8,229 nucleotides of DNA from a virus (taxonomy: Duplodnaviria > Heunggongvirae > Uroviricota > Caudoviricetes), in IMG/VR virus record IMGVR_UViG_2645727970_000010, positions 1 to 8,229 of that record; one strand, written 5' to 3'. The notes beneath the pieces are model-generated. The model saw only the letters and a list, made by a program, of their open reading frames with translations. It did not search any database and had not been told where the DNA came from. Both the position numbers and the translations under genes were made by a program. Numbering within the stretch: the first letter of the stretch is position 1; every line of letters starts with the position of its first letter. Shown piece by piece: positions 1-6,076 of the stretch.

Positions 1-2040
1 AGTCTTACTAAATTCCGGTCCCATATCTCCGGTTTGCGGATCGAAAAATATTGCACCTATTGAGATGATCGGGGCATCAGGATTTTTTCCCATGGTTTCA
101 AGGTCGATCATTAGATGGTCACACGTCCTGCTGGTGGATGTGATTTCGTGATGACCGTTCACATTAATTAAGGGATCTGTCGCCTCGCCAGTTTCATTAT
201 CGCTATCGTAATGCTGATTGCCGCCAGGGTTCTCCTTGTGTGGATGTTCAGCGCCTTCCATTTCCTCCGGATCATTTTCCTGAACTTCAACCTGATTCTC
301 TTCATTGAATGTTTCCTGGTATGTTGCGTCGCCCATCACAACACCACAATCAGGGCAGTTGCCGCCGCCGCTCTGACCGCAGGCGGTGCAGATTTTTTCC
401 GCTTCCTGTTGCGCTACTGGCTCAGGTTGTTTCGTTTCTGGCTCGTTTTGTAACGCATTTGGGCTGTTTTGTTCCGCTTTCTGGTCGTTCTGTTCCGTTT
501 CTTGCTGGTTCTGGTTCACTGAATCGCGGGTTTCAATCCCCTTCACCCATTTCGGATCATTCGGATCGCTAATCCCTGCAACAAATTCACCACGTGATAC
601 AGCAAGCAACTGATTGGCGTCAGGCTGGCTGATATTGGCTGCCTGCATAATTTTGTTTACTTCGTCAGCGGTAATTTTTACCGGCTCTGGTTGTGCGGTC
701 GTGTCAGATGCACCAGTATTTTGTTGTGAACCTGAGTATGTACCGTTTTTGCGGGCGAAATATTCTTCTTTCGTAATTTCAGTAGCCCCGGCAGCCAGCG
801 CCTTATCCAGACCAGAAAGTTTGTTTGCGCGACCGTATTTTTCGCCATCCTTGTCGGTAAAGAGGAAGTAGAACGGCCCCTCACGCTCTACAGATGGTTC
901 GACTTCCACTTTGCATTCAGTTTTTTCGTTGTCCGGAATTGCCGTTTCCACTGCATCAGTTTCTGGTACTGGCGACGAGAGAGTATCAGTTGCGCTCTGA
1001 TTTGTTCCTTCATCTTCAAACACGCCCTTTGTAGTCAGGTATTTAGTAATGTATTTGTTCAGTGCCACAGGGTCTTTGTGAATGTCGATCGGACGTTCAC
1101 GGACAAGGCCAAAAATAGTCTGGCGGTCGTAGCGAAGGGCATCAGGCTGTTTGCGCATTGATGCCGAGATACGCTTCCAGTCTTCGCGGTCGTTGTCGAT
1201 AACTTCATTTCTTGCCCAGCGATGGATGCTGCCGTCAATGTTTCCGGCATCCACATCACCAGGCCAGAGGGCGTAGGCCAGTTCGTCATCCAGTGTTTTC
1301 CATGTCTGCTTGTATTCGCGATGAGTGGCAGCAATGACCGGGTTGATTTTTCCTGTTGAATTTTCAGTGTGCTGTTGATTGGCTCCGGCGCGGGCGAGAT
1401 CAACAACAGACGTGTATTTTCCGGTTTCCTTGCGTTCATTTTCGCGACGTTTTTTCCAGATGCGCATCTCTGCCTGAATTTCGGGCCATTTAGCTCCAGG
1501 ATTACATTTATGTTTAACCCACCCGATGGCATGCAGCTTAAGCTCCGGATACATGGCGTTAACTTCTGGCATTTTCATCAACGCTTCAACGATATGTCCG
1601 TCGAATGTTGCCATGTCTTCCTGCAACAATTCCTGTGCGCTAATAACCATATCAACGGTGATGTTTTCACATGTGTCGAACTTAACCATGACAGCGTTCT
1701 GTACTTCAGGGGCCAGCTTGTCAAAAGTGACGTTCATCGGATAGGATTCAGTCTCAACCGGGACAAAAGAAGCAGACTCCTCATCCCAACGGTTTTCCTG
1801 CATATATTCAGCATCCCAGGAATCGAGGGCAGGGCGGGGTATACCAGGTTTATCCTCGCAAACAAGAAATTTATAAGCGCAGTCCTGAGCAACCGGATAA
1901 TGTTCCAGGAATTGCCAGTGAAATTTTGCGCGGGCGCGACATTCATCACCGGCTTCAATGGCAGTGGCTACAGCGACTGCACCTTCTTCCTTTATTGCCT
2001 GTTCGTCCGGAATGGCGGCGCAAATAAAGACTTTACTCAT
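1..2040 (-). CDS. RecE-like exonuclease (exonuclease VIII family) candidate; N-terminal ~680 codons, C-terminus beyond window start
   Basis: Uninterrupted minus-strand frame from ATG at 2040 (MSKVFICAAIPDEQ...) to position 1, spot-checked by hand at 1-120, 301-420, 541-660, 1021-1080 and 1921-2040. GAGG about 10 nt upstream of the ATG. Motif GEFVAGISDPNDPKWVKG, a Q/E-rich linker, a CxxC-x7-CxxC zinc-ribbon-like motif (ICTACGQSGGGNCPDCG) and, at the window edge, a DEDD-exonuclease-like motif (LMIDLETMG). The track omits it because no stop lies in the window. Product is recalled similarity plus synteny, not a search. Confidence 0.7.
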   Translation of the reverse strand, partial: MSKVFICAAIPDEQAIKEEGAVAVATAIEAGDECRARAKFHWQFLEHYPVAQDCAYKFLVCEDKPGIPRPALDSWDAEYMQENRWDEESASFVPVETESYPMNVTFDKLAPEVQNAVMVKFDTCENITVDMVISAQELLQEDMATFDGHIVEALMKMPEVNAMYPELKLHAIGWVKHKCNPGAKWPEIQAEMRIWKKRRENERKETGKYTSVVDLARAGANQQHTENSTGKINPVIAATHREYKQTWKTLDDELAYALWPGDVDAGNIDGSIHRWARNEVIDNDREDWKRISASMRKQPDALRYDRQTIFGLVRERPIDIHKDPVALNKYITKYLTTKGVFEDEGTNQSATDTLSSPVPETDAVETAIPDNEKTECKVEVEPSVEREGPFYFLFTDKDGEKYGRANKLSGLDKALAAGATEITKEEYFARKNGTYSGSQQNTGASDTTAQPEPVKITADEVNKIMQAANISQPDANQLLAVSRGEFVAGISDPNDPKWVKGIETRDSVNQNQQETEQNDQKAEQNSPNALQNEPETKQPEPVAQQEAEKICTACGQSGGGNCPDCGVVMGDATYQETFNEENQVEVQENDPEEMEGAEHPHKENPGGNQHYDSDNETGEATDPLINVNGHHEITSTSRTCDHLMIDLETMGKNPDAPIISIGAIFFDPQTGDMGPEFSKT

Positions 2041-2133
2041 TTTGTTTTAACCTCATGACAGATTTAAGGGTGAACAAATCCCTGCCATTGCTGGCATATA
2101 AGAATGAAATCGGATGTTTATTACGGAACTGTT

Positions 2134-2325
2134 TTAAAGACCTGCCGGGATTTCGTTATTATCCTGGTGAATAACTTTATCGACCGGGTAACAGTTACCG
2201 GGAATTTTCTGTTCGGTTGCTGCAGTCACACACTCCTGCATTGTCCTGTGAACACTGACTGCAATATCAACTGGCTCTCCGGAAACAAGAAAAACTGTCA
2301 GAACAAGTGCAAATGCTGTATTCAT
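2134..2325 (-). CDS. Hypothetical small protein (63 aa) with N-terminal hydrophobic signal or membrane-anchor segment
   Basis: ATG at 2325 overlaps the upstream stop as ATGA (coupling). AAGGA-like SD 8 nt upstream. Sequence MNTAFALVLTVFLVSGEPVD... has a hydrophobic stretch and two Cys in the mature part. The track's 81-aa version starts further upstream without an SD. Confidence 0.45.
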   Translation of the reverse strand: MNTAFALVLTVFLVSGEPVDIAVSVHRTMQECVTAATEQKIPGNCYPVDKVIHQDNNEIPAGL

Positions 2326-2510
2326 TGCCACCATCCTTTTTGTATCGGACGTAAACGGGCCAGCATTGAAAGAATGCATATTTTATTTAATAGCTCCCGT
2401 TCTTGTTTTCTCTTGTTAATGGCATCTTCAGTAAATACTGGGTTACTGATAGTGACACCAATTTCAAAACAACCTTCAGACGTATTAACGTTTGGTAATA
2501 ACGTTTTCAT
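2322..2510 (-). CDS. Hypothetical small protein (62 aa), first gene of a leftward small-gene pair
   Basis: Internal ATG at 2510 preceded by GAGGA (complement of 2518-2522) at about 7 nt; the track's 97-aa start at 2615 has no SD. Stop at 2322-2324 overlaps the next start. Confidence 0.5.
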   Translation of the reverse strand: MKTLLPNVNTSEGCFEIGVTISNPVFTEDAINKRKQERELLNKICILSMLARLRPIQKGWWQ

Positions 2511-2546
2511 TATCGCGTCCTCAATAATGAATTTTGTGATGCAGTG

Positions 2547-2586
2547 CCTGGTGCCTCCAGGTGACGTTAACCAGTTAACAATTAAC
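2547..2586. repeat. Palindrome CCTGG-TGCCT-CCAGG followed by three TTAAC repeats at 7-8 bp spacing
   Basis: Read directly: cctggtgcctccagg at 2547-2561; GTTAAC at 2566-2571 and 2574-2579, ATTAAC at 2581-2586. Lies just upstream (minus sense) of the 2510 start; candidate regulatory site. Confidence 0.3.
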
Positions 2587-2858
2587 GCCGGATACAGAGA
2601 ATCCACCCATAACACTGTTTTTGGTTTTAACTGTTCCGCGTGCGCTCAGCCGCATTCACCGCATCACAAAATTCACTTTAAAAAGGGCGGACATCAGCCA
2701 GCAATGAAACTGATGCCGCCAAAGGTACCAATCAACATGGAGTGTTGTGGCAGGGGTGTCACTTAAGCGTATGGTCAACCTGACAACCCGGTGTCCTCAA
2801 CGGGGAAGGAATAACCCCGCCATACTTACCGCCGCGCCATTTCGCGGGTTGCCACAAC

Positions 2859-2926
2859 CGGAAGCGCACGGTCGAATTAAATTTAACGACACCGTACAGT
2901 GAGACGAACTTCGCCGTGCGCTTTCG
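2859..2926. other. Long inverted repeat (10 perfect bp, up to 13 bp with one G-U; ~42-nt loop) in a hairpin-rich non-coding region
   Basis: aagcgcacgg at 2862-2871 pairs with ccgtgcgctt at 2914-2923. Two GC hairpins lie nearby: cgggg/ccccg at 2801-2819 and ccgcg/cgcgg at 2832-2847. No credible ORF here. Confidence 0.4.
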
Positions 2927-3002
2927 TGTTGTGTGCCTGCTTTTAACCACGTCAGGCGAGGTGGTATCCTTCTTATCCCGAATAACCAAGAAGGAAATCT
3001 AT

Positions 3003-3203
3003 ATGACTAAAGAAGAATTTGTCTCTTATATTTTTGATAAAACGGTTGAAATGTATGCCGCTACTTACGGGTCCTGTAATCCTCTGAATAAACCAGAGGG
3101 GAAAGATGATTTCGACAAAATTTACCGCTTCTTGGAGGACCGCTATATCAAAAGGTTAGAGGACGCAGGGATCAAATCCCCAGTGACGTCACCATTGTCC
3201 TGA
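3003..3203 (+). CDS. Hypothetical small soluble protein (66 aa)
   Basis: ATG at 3003 with AAGGAA SD 6 nt upstream. Sequence MTKEEFVSYIFDKTVEMYAATYGSCNPLNK.... 3' end overlaps the convergent minus-strand gene by 32 bp. The track's 95-aa version starts at a non-ATG codon. Confidence 0.5.
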   Translation: MTKEEFVSYIFDKTVEMYAATYGSCNPLNKPEGKDDFDKIYRFLEDRYIKRLEDAGIKSPVTSPLS

Positions 3204-3537
3204 GAACTTGCAGGACGTCATGATCGTAACTTCCATCCAAACCGCGACGGCAAATTGCTTCTCGTATTACCGGAAGCAGTTCGCTGGAAATCTCGGTGCA
3301 TATTTCACCTGATAATACGCTTGGCTCAAGTGAGAATATTGGTGAACTTACGGTCTTGGTCTCGACAGTTTCAGAGTCAGTGCCAACATTATAAAGCTCA
3401 ACGAAAGCGGTCTTGATTTTCCGGGCCAGATCTTTTGCTGGCTCGCTTGCAATATCTTTCCCGATTTCTCGCAGCACAGAATGCAATGTATGAGCTGCTG
3501 TTTTCTGTACATCAGACGGTAAATCTTTAAATTCCAT
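3172..3537 (-). CDS. Hypothetical acidic protein (121 aa; 125 aa if started at 3549)
   Basis: Only long ORF in this span. ATG at 3537 has GAGG 6 nt upstream; the alternative ATG at 3549 shares its A with the upstream gene's stop (3549-3551). No recognisable motif. Confidence 0.55.
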   Translation of the reverse strand: MEFKDLPSDVQKTAAHTLHSVLREIGKDIASEPAKDLARKIKTAFVELYNVGTDSETVETKTVSSPIFSLEPSVLSGEICTEISSELLPVIREAICRRGLDGSYDHDVLQVLRTMVTSLGI

Positions 3538-3548
3538 CGTCAGCCTCA

Positions 3549-3701
3549 TCAGTCAGTGTTTCTGGCTAACCAGCAACGCGCGCCAGATTCGGTTTTAAAC
3601 GTTTTGCTTTTGGTATATGTCATCGCGGTGAACGTACCGTCTTGGTTGGGGAACACGGCACATACTAGAGATTCGCTGTTGCCAAGATCGATAGTATCCA
3701 T
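3549..3701 (-). CDS. Hypothetical small protein (50 aa), first gene of a two-gene operon downstream of the repressor
   Basis: ATG at 3701 preceded by GAGG at 5 nt; the track's longer form starts at GTG 3755 with no SD. Sequence MDTIDLGNSESLVCAVFPNQDGTFTAMTYTKSKTFKTESGARCWLARNTD. A competing antisense plus-strand ORF (3556..3780) exists. Confidence 0.45.
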   Translation of the reverse strand: MDTIDLGNSESLVCAVFPNQDGTFTAMTYTKSKTFKTESGARCWLARNTD

Positions 3702-3778
3702 GCTGACCTCATTTCCCCTTAACGCCGGGGTAGCGGAACTGTTTGCTGAGAACACCGTGCGGTGTCTTGATGGAAAGT

Positions 3779-3807
3779 AATTTAGAATAACCTAACATAA
3801 GAGGCAA
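3779..3807 (-). promoter_or_regulatory. Candidate leftward promoter (minus strand): -35 TTGCCT, 17-bp spacer, -10 TAAATT
   Basis: By-eye match on the minus strand; the -10 overlaps the 3781-3796 site and the -35 sits 10 bp from the 3817-3832 site, so repressor binding would occlude it. Weak consensus. Confidence 0.25.
3781..3796. promoter_or_regulatory. Candidate operator half-site pair TTTAGA-ATAA-CCTAAC (imperfect 6-4-6 palindrome)
   Basis: Matches the GTTAGA-N4-TCTAAC pattern at 5/6 per half-site; overlaps the -10 of a candidate leftward promoter. Confidence 0.45.
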
Positions 3808-3816
3808 GTGTTTTTT

Positions 3817-3832
3817 GTTAGATTGATCTAAC
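3817..3832. promoter_or_regulatory. Candidate operator GTTAGA-TTGA-TCTAAC (perfect 6-4-6), inside a 26-bp extended palindrome (3812-3837)
   Basis: Read directly; the arms extend as tttttgttagat / atctaacaaaaa. Confidence 0.5.
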
Positions 3833-3869
3833 AAAAAGAGTGGGCGCAACTAATCACTTGAAAAGAATG

Positions 3870-4277
3870 TTATTTTATTGATTTATTTTTACGCGCTTTA
3901 AGCATTTCTTCGAAGAGTTTGTTGAAGTTTTCTACTCTTGCGCGCATTTCAGACAGCAAGGCTTCCTGCTCGGAAGATGGAAGAGCATCGAATAATTCGA
4001 TCAATTCTTTGTGGTTGGGAGTTAGCTCTGTTTCCACATGAAGTTCTTGTGCCGGCACTGGTGCCTTGTCTTCGTCACCAAACATTAGCCATGTAGGTGA
4101 GCACTTCAGAGCATCCGCTAAAGCAAACAATCGTTTTCCGACTGGCTGGGTTTCGTCTCTTTCCCATTGTGAAATTGTGACGTGAGCAACTCCAGCGAGG
4201 CGCGCAGCTTCTCGTTGTGTTAAGCGTAATTCTTTTCGTCGCGCCAGAACTCGCTGGCCTAGGGTTCTTGTATCCAT
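3870..4277 (-). CDS. Prophage repressor, XRE-family HTH (CI/RacR-like), 135 aa, no S24 peptidase domain
   Basis: HTH signature LRLTQREAARLAGVAHVTISQWERDETQP. Divergent from a Cro-like gene with palindromic operators in the 77-bp spacer. No obvious SD; a TAGAAT -10 sits 9 nt before the ATG, suggesting a near-leaderless transcript. Too short and without the Ser/Lys motifs of an autocleaving repressor. Confidence 0.85.
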   Translation of the reverse strand: MDTRTLGQRVLARRKELRLTQREAARLAGVAHVTISQWERDETQPVGKRLFALADALKCSPTWLMFGDEDKAPVPAQELHVETELTPNHKELIELFDALPSSEQEALLSEMRARVENFNKLFEEMLKARKNKSIK

Positions 4278-4278
4278 A

Positions 4279-4294
4279 GTTAGGTAATTCTAAT
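4279..4294. promoter_or_regulatory. Candidate operator GTTAGG-TAAT-TCTAAT (imperfect 6-4-6)
   Basis: Two bp upstream of the repressor start codon; overlaps the candidate repressor-gene -10 (TAGAAT on minus strand). Confidence 0.45.
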
Positions 4295-4298
4295 TTTT

Positions 4299-4327
4299 CT
4301 TGACTTAGGTATCCCGCGCACAATAAT
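4299..4327 (+). promoter_or_regulatory. pR-like rightward promoter: -35 TTGACT (4299-4304), 17-bp spacer, -10 AATAAT (4322-4327)
   Basis: Near-consensus sigma70 hexamers with correct spacing, upstream of the Cro-like gene; the next operator starts right after the -10. Confidence 0.5.
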
Positions 4328-4343
4328 GTTAGAAAAGTCTAAC
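4328..4343. promoter_or_regulatory. Candidate operator GTTAGA-AAAG-TCTAAC (perfect 6-4-6) at the rightward promoter start region
   Basis: Read directly; abuts the -10 and covers the expected transcription start. Confidence 0.5.
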
Positions 4344-4357
4344 AAGAGGGGGCTTTG

Positions 4358-4585
4358 ATGCTTAAAGCTGACGCAATTACTTTTTTTGGCAGCAAAACAA
4401 AGCTTGCCAATGCCGCAGGAGTGAGACTGGCAAGTGTTGCTGCTTGGGGGATACTGGTTCCTGAAGGTCGCGCGATGCGTCTACAGGAGGCATCTGGCGG
4501 GGAGCTTCAGTATGATCCCAAAGTTTATGACGAATATCGTAAGACGAAGCGGGCGGGGCGGTTGAACAATGAAAATCACTCCTGA
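4358..4585 (+). CDS. Cro-like / YdaS-family small HTH regulator (75 aa)
   Basis: ATG at 4358 with AGAGGGGG SD 5 nt upstream. Sequence AITFFGSKTKLANAAGVRLASVAAWGILVPEGRAMRLQEASGGEL resembles the YdaS/Cro pattern. Position is right for the first rightward gene. Confidence 0.7.
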   Translation: MLKADAITFFGSKTKLANAAGVRLASVAAWGILVPEGRAMRLQEASGGELQYDPKVYDEYRKTKRAGRLNNENHS

Positions 4586-5090
4586 ACAGGCTTGTGAGGC
4601 TCTGGATGCCTGGATATGTCGACCAGGAATGACACAGGAGCAGGCGACGATATTAATCACTGAAGCATTCTGGGCTTTGAAAGAGCGCCCGAACATCGAT
4701 GTTCAGCGTGTCACATATGAAGGTGGCGCGGTTGATCAGCGAGCGCTTAGCGTTAATCGAGTGAAGATATTCGAACGCTGGAAGGCTATCGACACTAGGG
4801 ATAAGCGTGAAAAGTTCACAGCGCTAGTGCCTGCAATTATGAAGGCTATCCGGATTAGTGATTTCAGGTTGTATCGTGAGATCAGTGATGGAAAAAGTAT
4901 TACGTACATGATCGCCGGGTTAAATAAAGAATATGGCGATGTGGTGGAATCCGGACTACTTTTTGCAGATCCTGCCGTTGTAGATCGTGAAACTGACGAA
5001 CTTATAGAAAAAGCAATTGCTTTCAAGCTTGCGTATCGACAGCAATACCAACAAAAAGCTGGATGGAATTATGAGTCTTCTTTTTGCTGA
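4569..5090 (+). CDS. YdaT-like / CII-position protein (173 aa), function uncertain
   Basis: ATG at 4569 overlaps the Cro-like 3' end by 17 nt. Sits in the YdaT/CII slot between cro-like and the replication gene. Family assignment is from synteny, not a search. Confidence 0.55.
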   Translation: MKITPEQACEALDAWICRPGMTQEQATILITEAFWALKERPNIDVQRVTYEGGAVDQRALSVNRVKIFERWKAIDTRDKREKFTALVPAIMKAIRISDFRLYREISDGKSITYMIAGLNKEYGDVVESGLLFADPAVVDRETDELIEKAIAFKLAYRQQYQQKAGWNYESSFC

Positions 5091-6036
5091 ACGCCCACTG
5101 GTTATAAACACGCAGCTGGCAATGAAAATCGGCTTAAACGAAGCCATTGTTTTGCAACAACTGCACTACTGGTTGAGAGATACCAACTCCGGTATGGAAT
5201 GTGATGGTGTTCGCTGGATTTATAACACAACGGAACAATGGCTGGAACAGTTCCCATTCTGGTCAGAGTCAACGTTAAAGCGCGCGTTTGCAAGTCTGAA
5301 AACGCTGGGGCTTTTGCGTTGTGAAAAGCTCAATAAATCAAAGCGCGATATGACCAATTTCTACACGATCAACTATGGGAGCGAGCTTTTAGATGGTGGC
5401 AAATTGAACGAATCCATCGGTTCAAAATGCGCCGCTCCATCAGGTCAAAATGACACGATGGAAGAGGTCAAAATGAAACGCTCCATTGGTTCAAAACGAC
5501 CCAATGTCATCGGGTCAAAATGGCCTGATGATCTTACAGAGAATACAACAGAGATTACTACAGAGAATAAAAACACTTTTCGTCCGGAAGCTTCGCAACC
5601 GGACCCGCAGACGACTGAACAGGATTTTTTAACCCGGAACCCCGACGCGGTTGTGTTTAGTGTGAAAAAACGCCAGTGGGGTAGCAGGGAGGATTTGGCG
5701 TGTGCGCAGTGGATTTGGGGGCGGATCGTGAACCTTTACGAACAGGCTGCCAGCGACGATGGAGAGATCATGCGACCAAAAGAGCCTAACTGGACAGCCT
5801 GGGCCAATGACGTGCGCACAATGCGGATGCTGGATGGCAGAAGCCACAGACAAATTTGCGAAATGTTTGGTCGGGTACAGCGGGATCCATTCTGGGTAAA
5901 AAACATCATGAGCCCGTCAAAACTCCGCGAAAAATGGGACGAACTGGTCATCCGCCTGGGACGTTCACCTGTACAGCGTTGTGTGAATCATATTTCTGAA
6001 CCGGATACAGAAATTCCGCCTGGTTTCAGGGGATAA
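5071..6036 (+). CDS. Replication initiation protein, lambda O-like / YdaU-position (321 aa from ATG 5071)
   Basis: Long ORF overlapping the upstream gene by 20 nt. N-terminal winged-helix-like segment (ERPLVINTQLAMKIGLNEAIVLQQLHYWL). Tandem iterons inside the coding sequence produce the SIGSK / SIGSKRP / VIGSKWP protein repeats. The track's TTG start at 5017 is less likely. Confidence 0.7.
   Translation: MSLLFAERPLVINTQLAMKIGLNEAIVLQQLHYWLRDTNSGMECDGVRWIYNTTEQWLEQFPFWSESTLKRAFASLKTLGLLRCEKLNKSKRDMTNFYTINYGSELLDGGKLNESIGSKCAAPSGQNDTMEEVKMKRSIGSKRPNVIGSKWPDDLTENTTEITTENKNTFRPEASQPDPQTTEQDFLTRNPDAVVFSVKKRQWGSREDLACAQWIWGRIVNLYEQAASDDGEIMRPKEPNWTAWANDVRTMRMLDGRSHRQICEMFGRVQRDPFWVKNIMSPSKLREKWDELVIRLGRSPVQRCVNHISEPDTEIPPGFRG
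5413..5585. repeat. Candidate origin of replication: five direct iterons (~17-bp core TCCATCGGTTCAAAATG, period 23-25 bp) plus AT-rich tract
   Basis: Iterons start at 5413, 5436, 5459 (degenerate), 5482 and 5507. The AT-rich tract 5530-5580 carries acagagaata twice. Iterons-then-AT-rich inside the initiator gene is the lambda ori layout. Confidence 0.65.
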
Positions 6037-6076
6037 GTGTTGATTTCAGGTCATGAGGTAATTTTAAGGGGGACTT

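Noticed and set aside
678-1958. Minus-strand track ORFs 678..884, 1059..1532 and 1734..1958
   Set aside because: Out of frame relative to the 1..2040 minus-strand reading frame, which I hand-translated without stops.
211-2058. Plus-strand track ORFs 211..453, 309..572, 386..613, 614..871, 1369..2058 and 1526..1744
   Set aside because: All lie antisense to the uninterrupted minus-strand RecE-like frame, have low-complexity or odd composition and no convincing SD.
2104-2766. Plus-strand 220-aa ORF
   Set aside because: Antisense to the two SD-supported minus-strand small genes; Cys/His-rich unnatural composition; no SD.
2759-2989. Minus-strand 76-aa K/R-rich ORF, considered as an N-like antiterminator
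   Set aside because: TTG start with no in-frame ATG and no SD; it covers the hairpin-rich region and its start would sit 14 bp from the divergent 3003 gene. More likely non-coding.
3556-3780. Plus-strand 74-aa ORF antisense to the 50-aa gene
   Set aside because: GTG start without SD; the minus-strand gene has ATG plus GAGG and is coupled to the downstream gene. Not fully excluded.
3812-3837. 26-bp palindrome considered as a Rho-independent terminator after the repressor gene
   Set aside because: The stem is AT-rich with no distinct U-tract; its core is identical to the operator motif, so a protein-binding site is the better reading.
4075-4696. Minus-strand ORFs 4075..4323 and 4481..4696
   Set aside because: The first is an alternative frame inside the repressor gene; the second is antisense to the Cro-like and YdaT-like genes.
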